Source of the DNA: Ylistrum balloti | Taxonomy: Eukaryota | DNA: 64,000 bases | NCBI RefSeq assembly: GCF_031769215.1 | Contig: NW_026782055.1 | Span: forward strand, 992,001 to 1,056,000 | Reading direction: 5' to 3' | In this document: piece by piece, positions 1-12,400 of the stretch | Position numbering within the stretch: the stretch's first letter is position 1 | Layout: each line of letters begins with the position of its first letter | Program-made: the position numbers and the translations under genes | The notes under the pieces: model-generated | Told to the model about the DNA's origin: nothing | Database searches by the model: none | What the model saw: the letters and a program-made list of their open reading frames with translations, nothing else

Positions 1-960
1 TGTGTAACTGTACAACATATCACACAGTACATTATAGTTAGGCTGTGCAACATATCATACAGTATTGTATAACTGTACAACATATCACACAGTATTGTAT
101 AACTGTACAACATATCATACAGTATTGTATAACTGTACAACATATCATACAGTATTGTATAACTGTACAACATACAGTATTGTACTGTACAACATATCAT
201 ACAGTATTGTATAACTGTACAACAGATCATACAGTATTGTATAACTGTGCAACAAACAGTATTGTATAACTGTACAACATATAGTATTGTATAACTGTAC
301 AACATATCATACAGTATTGTATAACTGTACAACATACAGTATTGTATAACTGTACAACATATACAGTATTGTATAACTGTACAACATACAGTATTGTATA
401 ACTGTACATCATACAGTATTGTATAACTGTACAACATACAGTATTGTGTAACTGTACAACATATCATACATTATAGTTAGGCTGTACAACATATCATACA
501 GTATTGTATAACTGTACAACATATCACACAGTATTGTATAACTGTACAACATATCATACAGTATTGTATAACTGTACAACATATCATACAGTATTGTATA
601 ACTGTACAACATATCATACAGTATTGTATGACTGTACAACATACAGTATTGTATAACTGTGCAACATATCATACAGTATTGTATAACTGTACAACATATC
701 ATATAGTATTGTATAACTGTACAACATATACAGTATTGTATAACTGTACATTATACAGTATTGTGTAATGGTACAACATACAGTATTGTATAACTGTACA
801 ACATACAGTATTGTGTAACTGTACATTATACACTATTGTGTAACGGAACAACATACAGTATTGTATAACTGTACAACATACAGTATTGTGTAACTGTACA
901 ACATACAGTGTTGTTTAACTGTACAACATATCACACAGTATTGTATAACTGTACAACATA
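1..960. repeat. Minisatellite, 25/30-bp unit (cagtattgtataactgtacaacatatcata); truncated by the window start
   Basis: Direct inspection. Confidence 0.97.
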
Positions 961-980
961 TTATATATTATACATTGAAG

Positions 981-1164
981 GTCATGTTTTGCCTCACCAA
1001 CATATTTTGCTGAATGGAAAATGCCTGCAGACTTTCAAGAAATTTTGGTTAGTCCAGACATGTTGACAGATCATCTTCCGGATAACGTATGGAAAGCACT
1101 TGTCCAGCTGACTGATAAACATTTTAACCCAAAACCTCCTCGCTATTCAACAACTGCCATATAA
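981..1164 (+). CDS. Probable terminal coding exon of an unidentified plus-strand gene (SCFASPTYFAEWKMPADFQEILVSPDMLTDHLPDNVWKALVQLTDKHFNPKPPRYSTTAI*)
   Basis: Begins after tacattgaag| at the end of a minisatellite; 60 protein-like codons ending TAA at 1162-1164. Family not recognised. Confidence 0.5.
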
Positions 1165-1364
1165 CACCCTAAACATTTCTGAAAGCAGTTATGTTTGATC
1201 ATGGTGCCTTTCTTCAATGATTAAATGGTTGCTTTGAGATAACCTATTTTTGATATTACATGCTTTACTAAAATTTATTATGTCTGAGTCATATACAATA
1301 ATCTTTTCTAGAAGTACAGCACTGTTTTGATGATCTCGATGACAACTCTTGTAAACAATCTGTG

Positions 1365-1537
1365 ATGACACCTCCCATCAGAAATCTATGATGACACCTC
1401 CTGTCAGAAATCAATGATGACAGCTCCTGTCAGAAATCTCTTGAAGCCTGTCAGAAATCTATGATGGCAATTCCTGTCAGAAATCTGTTATGACACCTGT
1501 CAGAAATTTATGTTGACAGCTTGAGTCAGAAATCTGC
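1365..1537. repeat. Diverged minisatellite, ~26-bp unit (cctgtcagaaatctatgatgacacct)
   Basis: About 7 copies of tcagaaat. Confidence 0.85.
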
Positions 1538-2047
1538 TCTTCAATGCGTTTATACTGTTGAAAAGATGCAATGGTTTAAGAACTCCTTTAGCAATGTAAC
1601 AGTTTGGTTAGAATGTTGTCATTTATTTTATGGAGGGACCGTTTGAATTATCTATATCGCCAATATACTCAATTAATGTAAGTTTATATACAGCCATGAC
1701 ATAATGCTTTATTCTCTTCCATTTCCAAAGTGCCAATCATGATGTTTCTACCAAAATACATGTGCCATTGAGTTGATTGCCTAGTGCTGGTGAGACCTTT
1801 ATAAGAGTTTCACCACTAGGTGTCGCTATTGTCTACTGCCTTACAGTATGATCTTTGTTGTATTATTTATTCTGCTGAGATTTTATTATTGTAAGATAAT
1901 ATTTATTAAAAGGAATTTTAAAAAGATGTCTTGTTTTATTCTTAATTTGTCACCTATAGATTTACTTGTGACTGGTATATTTACCTACTGCAGGAAAACT
2001 TCATCATATATTAATCTATCAAAACCCAGAGGTATGGTGTAGATGTT

Positions 2048-2425
2048 CTAAATCCACAGGAAGATTGTCTTAATCCTCAGGTGGGTGATATCTTAATCCA
2101 CAGGTGGGTGATGACTTAATCCACAGGTGGGTGATGTCTTAATCCACAGGGGGGTGCCACAGGTGGGTGATGTCTTAATCCACAGGTGGATGATGTCTTA
2201 GTCCACCGGTGGGTGATGTCTTAATCCACAGGTGGGTGATGACTTAATCCACAGGTGGGTGATGTCTTAATCCACAGGTGGATGATGTCTTAGTCAACGG
2301 GTGGGTGATGACTTAATCCACGGGTGGGTGATGTCTTTATCCACAGATGGGTGATGTCTTAATCCACAGGTGGGTGATGTCTTAATCCACAGGTGGGTGA
2401 TGTCTTAATCCACAGGTTGGTGATG
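2048..2425. repeat. Minisatellite, 23-bp unit (ttaatccacaggtgggtgatgtc)
   Basis: Direct inspection, ~16 copies. Confidence 0.95.
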
Positions 2426-2849
2426 TAAAGGCCTTTCATTTACTAATCAGAAGTAGATGTTGGAGCATTTTTAACTAATTTCTTTTTCACAACTTTGTCA
2501 GGATTCTCCCCATGAACCAAGCAGTCGAATATCATGATTCAAAGATATTCATTTCATTGAAGTCGTTTAGTGTTTGGATCTGAAGTTGACAATGAAATTA
2601 CCGCGGAAATGTTCATGACTTTGCGAGATATCCAACACTTAGGCCTATTTAGAACGACGTTAGGTGATTGTCCTTGATTGTCAATTTTACTTAATATCGA
2701 TAAGGAACAATAATATTCAAATACTTAGAACTCAACACAAAATTCTTGATCTCTGCAAGCATGTACATGCTCAGTTAGTCTGGTAAGTTAAAGTTACAAA
2801 AATTATAAATATCTAAAGGTTTCATACAGTTAATTAACGGACGTAGCAC

Positions 2850-4210
2850 ACACATGTGAAACCGGTAATACACTATATAATATTTCTGGTAGAATCTAAT
2901 AAACGGCGGAAACGACAACAGCCATAGTAGGAAAGGGGTGTAAGGAAGAAATCTAAAACGCTTTAGAGACGAGGATGAAAACGCTTGTGGGAAGTCGAAT
3001 ATTGAGTGGGAGCAGTGACCTTCCAGAAGGCTTGTTAGATGCGAGACAAGAAACTCGGGTCTTAAACGTGAGGAATACTTCTCAGGTATTATACCAGTAG
3101 ATAACCCGGCCTGGATCATTCTAACACCACGTTCATGCATTGTGAGGAGAAAGAATAAAAGACAAAGTCAACATTGTAGACAATAAAAACAGAATATCAG
3201 AAAGATACTGCCTTTAGAAAACACACGTCTCTGGTAATAACGAGACCCCAGTAGTACTCGGATACGAAAACCTATGTAAGAGGCAATATAAATAAACAAG
3301 GTATCTTTGTTGCGTTATTATATTCTAAGGACTGCAGTATCTTAGGAACATATACATTGCCTTGCAGAGAAATGTTTCACCTTTCCAATGAATGTTTTGA
3401 TGAAAGACCCAATATAAACCAAGTTGTGACCTGACGAATTCAGAAATATAGATAGGTAAAACTTAGCAAAATCAACGCAGTATCTATAAGGTGTTCTCTT
3501 GTGGTTTAATGGATAAACAGGGACTGTACCCAACACATCACAAGAAGGGAACTGTCTATAAATAACCTTTATCCAGATAGCGACATTTAATTAGAATTAA
3601 ACTCTCTCTTTTTAAATGAAAATCACAAAAATTTAGACCCACGAAAGTGATTGGCTATGCAGTATCTGTGTCATAAACAAAACAGAAAAGACAAGGATTT
3701 TCGAGTTTTCGTAGACATCAAGGTGAAATTAACCTCCAACGATCAGAAATCCACAAGCAAGGTAAACGAAATTCAAAGCATTAAGCTTCAAGTACATGGG
3801 TCCTTATATATTCACTACTCGATACAGGTCAGTTATGCATCACCAGTTTGGTCAACCTTGTAAATGTTTGAAACGGGGCCACCTAAACGGAACCATCAAT
3901 TACCGGACGTATCTAGAAAGGCCAAGAAAGCTCTGAATACCAACACTGGGATATAGAAGGGTTTCATGGCTTAAGACCTTCACAATATGGACTGACTAGA
4001 AAAGGAGAAACTGTTTCATGGGAATATCTATCAGTCAGCCACAGATAACTCAAATTATTTAAAAAAGACCATTCAAGAAGTTAACTGCCAACATATTTAG
4101 TAACAAAGTAATAAGACATTTGAACTTAAAGCATGAGGAATTTGTTTAATCACTCCCTGTTAACTTCTTCAAAGTTAGAATATTTAAACCATCCTTCATT
4201 TGTTCAACCC
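2850..4210 (+). mobile_element. Highly decayed CR1/L2-like LINE RT fragment
   Basis: Remnant KDFRVFVDIK.LT.ND...VN and YASPVWS (cf. KDLGV.ID..L.F..H and LEYASPVW.P); possible upstream PG.D and NYRPV remnants; many stops and frameshifts. Boundaries approximate. Confidence 0.5.
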
Positions 4211-4751
4211 ACGAAATATCTGCCGTCCTAGGAAATCCCCCCTTACTCTCCTTCGTTCTTTTTATAGATTTTACAACGACACAGACACCATGATATGTAT
4301 TCCAAAAGGAAAGTAAAAATAAGTGTATAGTTTTGTTTTTAATATTTTATTTGACCGGAACCCGGAAATGTAAACGCCACCAGTATTTGGAGAAATTATC
4401 CTGCATCTTCACATGATGAAGATGGCTATGAAAATTTAACTAAAGAAATTCAGCGCTTCATGTCAGTGGGTAAAACCTACCCATTGGGGTTCTTAACCCG
4501 AGGGTGTTTTAAACTTCAGAATGTTTTATTGAGTAGGGTGTACGAGATTGGGCAAAGGCAAAAAGCCCACGCGAACCCTTACCTTGTGAGTTAGACTGAA
4601 AATTTCTGTCTGAAATGATAATTTTATATCAATGTGCTCTTTTATCATGCTGTTAGTAAACATGTTAATATCAACAATAACATAATAAATGTTAATATTG
4701 ACACGAAATTATCATTTAGAGACAGACATTTCTCAGACTACACATGAAGGT

Positions 4752-5045
4752 AATCATTGTCCAAAAGTAGGTGATCGTGGTCCAAAGGCAGGTGGTCGTA
4801 GTCCACAGGTAGGTGATCGTAGTCCACAGGTAGATGATCGTAGTCCAAAAGTAGATGATCGTGGTCCAAAGATAGGTGGTCGTGGTCCAAAGATAGGTGG
4901 TCGTGGTCCAAAGGTAGGTGGTCGTGGTCCAAAGGTAGGTGGTCGTAGTCCACAGGTAGATGATCGTAGTCCAAAAGTAGATGATCGTGGTCCAAAGGTA
5001 GGTGGTCGTGGTCCAAAGATAGGTGGTTGTGGTCTAAAGATAAGT
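4752..5045. repeat. Minisatellite, 21-bp unit (ggtcgtggtccaaaggtaggt)
   Basis: About 14 copies; accounts for ORFs on both strands. Confidence 0.95.
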
Positions 5046-5524
5046 AATTTACATCCAGATGTATCATTTATCCTTCAATAACCTATACACAACCTCTGGC
5101 TCAAATCAGAGACGCGAGTTAACTACAACTCAGGTTAGTGGGCTAATTACTTGATGCTGTACCTGCTAAACTTTCTACTGTGATTCTAATATATGTCGAT
5201 GTCTTACCGGGTGAATATGAAAGTGTCATATACAACTATGACGCAGCTGAATTGGTATCGTTTTATTTCGACAGCTTATACATAATATACTGGGAAGCGT
5301 ATCGGCCTGAAGACTGTAGATATGGGACATGACAGTAATATATCTCTGTTGATATACAATAAATTCACACTCGTTACTAAACATACACCAATGTTACATT
5401 TTAATTGACTATTGTATGGTTTCTTTATATAAAACAATATTAAATTTAAAGTTTCACACCAACACTGTAACTCCGTACTGTAGTGTGATATGAACTTCCT
5501 TCTAGCATATATCAACACCATCCA

Positions 5525-7697
5525 CTTAGAAACTTACTCCCGCCGGTACTTACTCCCGCCGGTACATACCAACTCCCTCTATAATACAAACTTACTCCCG
5601 CCGGTACATACTAACTCCCTCTATAACACAAACTTACTCCCGCCGGTACATACTAACTCCCCCTATAATACAAACTTACTCCCGCCGGTACATACTAACT
5701 CCCTCTATAATACAATCTTACTCCCGCCGGTACTTACTCCCGCCAGTACATACCAACTCCCTCTATAATACAAACTTACTCCCGCCGGTACATACTAACT
5801 CCCCCTATAATACAAACTTACTCCCGCCGGTACATACTAACTCCCTCTATAATACAATCTTACTCCCGCCGGTACTTACTCCCGCCAGTACATACCAACT
5901 CCCTCTATAATACAAACTTACTCCCGCCGGTACATACTAACTCCCCCTATAATACAAACTTACTCCCGCCGGTACATACTAACTCCCTCTATAATACAAT
6001 CTTACTCCCGCCGGTACTTACTCCCGCCAGTACATACCAACTCCCTCTATAATACAAACTTACTCCCGCCGGTACATATCAACTCCCTCTATAATACAAA
6101 CTTACTCCCGCCGGTACATACTAACTCCCCCTATAATACAAACTTACTCCCGCCGGTACATACTAACTCCCCCTATAATACAAACTTACTCCCGCCGGTA
6201 CATACTAACTCCCTCTATAATACAAACTTACTCCCGCCGGTACATACTAACTCCCTCTATAATACAATCTTACTCCCGCCGGTACTTACTCCCGCCAGTA
6301 CATACCAACTCCCTCTATAATACAAACTTACTCCCGCCGGTACATACTAACTCCCCCTATAATACAAACTTACTCCCGCCGGTACATACTAACTCCCTCT
6401 ATAATACAATCTTACTCCCGCCGGTACTTACTCCCGCCAGTACATACCAACTCCCTCTATAATACAAACTTACTCCCGCCGGTACATACTAACTCCCCCT
6501 ATAATACAAACTTACTCCCGCCGGTACATACTAACTCCCTCTATAATACAATCTTACTCCCGCCGGTACTTACTCCCGCCAGTACATACCAACTCCCTCT
6601 ATAATACAAACTTACTCCCGCCGGTACATATCAACTCCCTCTATAATACAAACTTACTCCCGCCGGTACATACTAACTCCCCCTATAATACAAACTTACT
6701 CCCGCCGGTACATACCAACTCCCTCTATAATACAAACTTACTCTCGCCGGTACATACTAACTCCCTGCATAGTACAAACTTACTCTCGCCGGTACATACT
6801 AATTCCCCCTATAACACAAACTTACTCCCGTCGGTACATACTAACTCCCCCTATAATACAAACTAAGTCCCGCCGGTACATACTAACTCCCCCTATAATA
6901 CAAACTTACTCCCGCCGGTACATACCAACTCCCTCTATAATACAAACTTACTCTCGCCGGTACATACTAATTCCCCCTATAACACAAACTTACTCCCGTC
7001 GATACATACTAACTCCCCTATAATACAAACTAAGTCCCGCCGGTACATACTAACTCCCCCTATAATACAAACTTACTCCCGCCGGTACATACTAACTACC
7101 TCTATAGTACAAACTTACTCTCGCCGGTACATACTAACTCCCTCTATAGTACAAACTTACTCCCGCCGGTACATACTAACTCCCTCTATAGTACAAACTT
7201 ACTCCCGCCGGTACATACTAACTACCTCTATAGTACAAACTTACTCCCGCCGGTACATACTAACTACCTCTATAATACAAACTTACTCCCGCCGGTACAT
7301 ACTAACTCCCCCTATAATACAAACTTACTCTCGCCGGTACATACCAACTCCCTCTATAATACAAACTTACTCCCGCCGGTACATACTAACTACCTCTATA
7401 GTACAAACTTACTCCCGCCGGTACATACTAACTACCTCTATAGTACAAACTTACTCCCGCCGGTACATACTAACTCCCTCTATAGTACAAACTTACTCCC
7501 GCCGGTACATACTAACTACCTCTATAGTACAAACTTACTCCCGCCGGTACATACTAACTCCCCCTATAATACAAACTTACTCCCGCCGGTACATACCAAC
7601 TCCCTCTATAATACAAACTTACTCCCGCCGGTACATACTAACTCCCTGTATAGTACAAACTTACTCTCGCCGGTACATACTAACTCCTCTATAATAT
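5525..7697. repeat. Minisatellite, 42-bp unit (aacttactcccgccggtacatactaactccctctataataca) with 58-bp variant units
   Basis: Period 42 (5591 to 5633); recurring units carry an extra 16-bp cttactcccgcc(g/a)gta. Confidence 0.97.
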
Positions 7698-8670
7698 AAC
7701 TTTAACCTCACTTGTACGAATTTCTCCCGTTGTGTCTATATTAATGGTCTATCGAATGTCGGTAGACACAAACAAGTGCTAACGTTCCTTCACTAGTTCA
7801 CAGAGGATCGGGTACTGACATTCACTGTAACACGCTTATATAAGGCAGAGGAAATATTGTTTTTCTTTTAAGATTACAATTGCACTTTGTGGTAAGCGCT
7901 TCCTATGATAATGTATACAAATTTGTTTGTGGAATGGAATATTTCACTTCATTCCAACAAGACAGCAATTTTACGTGCATGTGTTCGAAACTATGCAAAT
8001 TACAAATATTTCACAATTTTCATTTACAGAATGTCTATATCTATTTCGACCAAGGGAGACATACTTTAAGGGTAGAGCATTTACGTCTGTTAATACCGCG
8101 AGGAATATATACTTGACGGTTAGAATGTCTGTCTGTGCCATTGGCAGCACGTATTTAGAGGCTAGAACGTCTGTATCAGTCTAGGCTTTGGGAATACATA
8201 CTTAACGGGTAGGGCGTCTATATCTGTATAGGCCATTGGGAATATGTAGTTAATGGGTAGACTGGTTATTTCTCTCTCGGCCGTGGGGACTGGTGGAGTG
8301 TCTATATCTGTATAGGCCATTAGGAATATATAGTTAATGGGTAGACTGACTATTTCTGTCTCTGGGGAACTTGACAGGCAGAGTCTATATCGGTATAGGC
8401 CATAGGCAAATGTCTATGGGACGTCCGTGCGAGTCATTCACCACGGAAAAAACGTCAGCTAGTGGAGGAAAATTCCTCCTTCGGAAAATAATCGAATCAT
8501 CAGTTTATCAAAGAGACATGAAAGATATATATATATATATAACGGTGTGGAGTGCTTTAGCGTTCATGTTTTAACAGTACAAATTAAAAAAAAAAATAGA
8601 ACTTATGAGCAACAGTATTTGAATGCATATATATATATATATATAAACGTATATCGACAGTAAACAACAC

Positions 8671-8676
8671 TTTATT
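8671..8676 (-). promoter_or_regulatory. Candidate polyadenylation signal (AATAAA) of the caspase gene
   Basis: tttatt on the + strand ~480 nt past the stop codon; positional inference only. Confidence 0.4.
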
Positions 8677-9154
8677 ACATTCCCAACCCTGCTGTAGTGC
8701 TCTAAAGCCTTGTCGCCGGCTTTGATATGTAGGTTTGGATGACGTTCATGTATCAGTGGATATATCAAACACTTTAGTAAATCTTCAATACTCGTATACG
8801 GTCAAATATACCCCTGGTTACGTGTTGTCTGCCTTGTTTATATCAAACATTTTCTAGTAAAGGATTTTCGCAAGTTTTCTTAATCATTTTACTCAGACTA
8901 GCACTTTCACAAATGCTGCAAATGCTATCTCGCTCTTCCAAATAAGTTTGATTCAAATTTGAATTTAATGCTTACCTTTGACAGGTGAGTTAATTGTACC
9001 AATGTGCTACTGTTACAAATACTTGTATACAATATAGATGAAACATTTACACCCCCAATACTCGGATAAGGCTCACAAAAGCATGTTTACACATAGGTAT
9101 AATGATGATGAAGGCTGCCTTCAACACTAACACAGAATTTTGTACCAGAATTCC

Positions 9155-9405
9155 TTAATCCCGGATGTCCGGCTTCTTGGGCCGGAAGTAGACATATCTA
9201 GTCAACATAGACACAATACAAGGCATCTGTTTAATGTTCTCCGTGAATTCTTCGTCAGTACAAGATTCAAATTCGTAAGTCACTATTCGGTTCACTTGGG
9301 TAAGCATGTGTAGAAGCTCCATTTTAGGTCCATAATTTTCCAGGACAATACACAAGGCCTGTATGAACCATGAACCATCCTGATTATTCCTCCACGAGTA
9401 ACAAC
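9155..9405 (-). CDS. CASP3/7: Caspase coding exon 5 (p10 C-terminus, to stop)
   Basis: Acceptor tacttgacag|; GCYSWRNNQDGSWFIQAL...KQMPCIVSMLTRYVYF; TAA at 9155. Confidence 0.96.
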
Positions 9406-12400
9406 CTGTCAAGTATCCAAAAACTAGATTATTAAACCAACTTCAGTCATACAATATAAATACAGAGTATATTACACGTGACCTTAAGTGATAACTCCCT
9501 TTCCGGGTCACTGACTACAATCTTATTAGCATTCATCATCATGTAAAACTACAAAACGTGATTGAATAATATAAGTCATGTTTTCAGTTTTTGAAGATGT
9601 ATCTGTATATACCGTAACCTGTTATAACGACTACGTATCTCGGTACCCTAACTAGAACTGTACTTACCGTTTACAGTTCACCAAGCCTAACCGATAATGT
9701 TAATCACATGCATCGGATGGGAGGTACCTCTGTTCAGTTACTGGTTTTAAGACACATTTCTTTCATTTGAGAGCTCCTGACTGCGGCGATTGAGAGCAAA
9801 CAGCTTGAAGAGTAAAACCGAATTGAACAGGTGGTCATACAGATATACATCCAGCTCTTTGTATTTTTTAAAAAATACTAAATCAGTTGCGGGGTCCAAG
9901 AGATATTCTGAACACAAAATTTTATTTAAAAAGTAGTCAAAAGTGACGTTTAATATTGACCGATGTCTTCCAATTACTAATTTGGTGTAGACGTTACTGT
10001 AAAGTTATGTTGTGAATATAAATTAAATGTGAAGATGGCTTCATAAGATATCTTGTACCATTTATTTCCAAAGTAGCCAAGGGTGACCTTTGACCTTGAC
10101 AAATTGGCAACAACGCTAATTGTGTGTAAAAGTTAATAGTGTCATGTTATGATATGAACATGAAGAGTCTGAAGAGGGGCTCATGAGCTACCTTGCACAC
10201 AGACCTTCCTTTTTGACAGTGGTCAAGCGAGACCTTTGACCTTTTCTCTTGACCAAACTTTATATTTTCAGTGGTTCATGCTATATCCTGTACACAGAGG
10301 ACGGGCGGACGGGTGGACACACAAAGTGATCAACTTAACTACAATGTAAGTGAGGGAACAATGAGGGAATGGTGGTATAATTTATTGGGGGTTTAACCTT
10401 CTAAAATCATCACCTGATTGGATTAGATGATTATACCTTCCACTTAGGTAACGGGACACGTAGTGGGTACTCGCGTCCGAGATAACCTTGTGTATCCCAT
10501 GAGCCCACGGACAGATTAGTTCATATTCACACCATAACATCATACCACCAATTAATTAGATTCTGATGACCATTGCTTAAAATTAAGGTCAAAGGTCACC
10601 CTTGACCACTTTGGAAATAAAAGACTTGTCTACAAGATATCACATGCACCTTGAAGAGTTTAAGTTCAGATTCACACCATAGTTACACATAACTAGATGT
10701 TCGTAGTCAAGGTTAAAGGTAAAAGGTCACCTACATTGCAAATAAGAACAGAGGCGGGGTATATCTAGGTGGGCGGCAAGATTTATCTAGGTGAAACTTG
10801 CTTTGTTAACAATTTCGCTGTGTATAAATACCATGTATTCTAATCTGACAAATTGTGACTCTACACTTATTTTGTTCAGATTTAACAGTATATAGTTAAA
10901 GGATGTAAAATATCTCACTGCTTCATGAAAGGACAAATTACTTTTGATGTTTTCAAAGCAGACAGATTTTACAGTACAAAGGGTCATTATCGGCCCGTAC
11001 TTCCGATTTGGCACTTGTCCGATGTCTTAGTCTTGGTATGTGTATATGGATAATATTGTCTTTAATGTAGGAGGGAAAACTTTGGAAACATTCTATGATT
11101 ATCTGCCAAGCTTTAAAATATAAGTGTCGTATGTTTACCTGGGACAGTAGAGTAAGAAAACAAGAAGTCTGCCTCCACAGGTATTTTTCTCAGCGGGTGG
11201 ATGCAGGATTCGAAATCTTCGGAGTAGCCACTTCTGTCAGACACGCTGTCGGTGAGGTCGAGGGACGCTTCATTGGTTATTCCACGGCATGCCTGGTAAC
11301 AAGTCAATATCAGTTTTAATTATTTCGGGTTCTACAATATTGTTTACGCTGTGGTCTGTTGTTTGTAATCCGTCTCCCTAATGGCAACCGGCTGATTATC
11401 AGAGGCCTGGGATGATGATACCGTTATTTATTAGCATGCAAGGATAAATTTCCAAGGTCAAGGTTAAAGACGTGATAATGCATTGAAATATTTTTTTAGT
11501 TAAAATGACTTTATCTCACATGCAGCATGCTCAGAATAATACTATTGATTTGCTTCACCTGGAGAAATTTAAACATTACGGGGGTCAAATGTGTTAAAAT
11601 ATTCAAGCGATATTCTTTTGATTAAGCAAAAGGCAGGCATATGACCACGATATTTGACGTTTTGCATTCATGGATCAAAGGCTAACATCAGATTAGATAA
11701 AATACGCCAGATGTTTCCATTTTCAATGTTTCAGACAACACCCGAATAACGTCCAGAAGTTATAAATAGCCTGAGGCATGAATGATCGAAAACAAAATGC
11801 TTATCGCAGTCTAAGGTTGTAAAGAATACCTCTGCATCATTTACTTCTGTGATAAATTCATCTGTAGCACTTGGATAAGAAAAGCCATCTGGCTTTTGTT
11901 TACCAAATAATTGACCTTGACCTTTTTTCAAATGCCATATATTTTGAAATTATAAAGAAAAAAGCTTAATAGTGTGCACATGTAGTTCGTTTTGTTTGTA
12001 AAGGTAGTGTATTTTGTTAATGGCACAACAGACCCTCCTTCCTCTATTAAACCAAAAAAGAGGTGAATGTCATTGTGATTGACGTCACTTTGTCTCCCTA
12101 GCCGTTTGATATCGATGTTGTAAGTATGTCATCTTACCATTGCTTTGTATACTAACCTGTAGGAAGAAGAGTTTGGGCTTGCCGACAAGTGAGGGACAGC
12201 GCTCACCCTTAAAGGGGACAATAAGCATCTCCAGTGGCAGTATGCCATCCGTGGCGTAGATACGTCCCTCGATACCATGGCTAAGGATGGCACAGCCGAA
12301 ACAGTCACAGTCGGAGTGGTCGTATTCCGAGGCTGGTCAAAACACAACAGTAAACCACAAATACATTACCTACTATTTACCGTCCTTCAATGACCATTTA

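Noticed and set aside
45-826. ORFs in the first array, and likewise those at 4689-5081, 5490-5768, 13241-14338, 18075-18456, 20068-20780, 27800-29083, 41629-41918, 46623-46847, 49689-49913, 52425-52698 and 53346-53707
   Set aside because: Periodic low-complexity translations of minisatellites, open in several frames or on both strands, mostly intronic.
4689-5081. G/P/R/D-rich 7-aa repeat ORF (GGRGPKV) resembling a structural or shell protein
   Set aside because: Fully explained by a 21-bp repeat that is also open on the opposite strand; no signal peptide and no convincing splice context.
11731-11931. 66-aa minus-strand ORF between caspase exons 3 and 4
   Set aside because: Exons 3 and 4 join in frame to give FFLQ-ACRG, leaving no room for an insertion; no caspase similarity.
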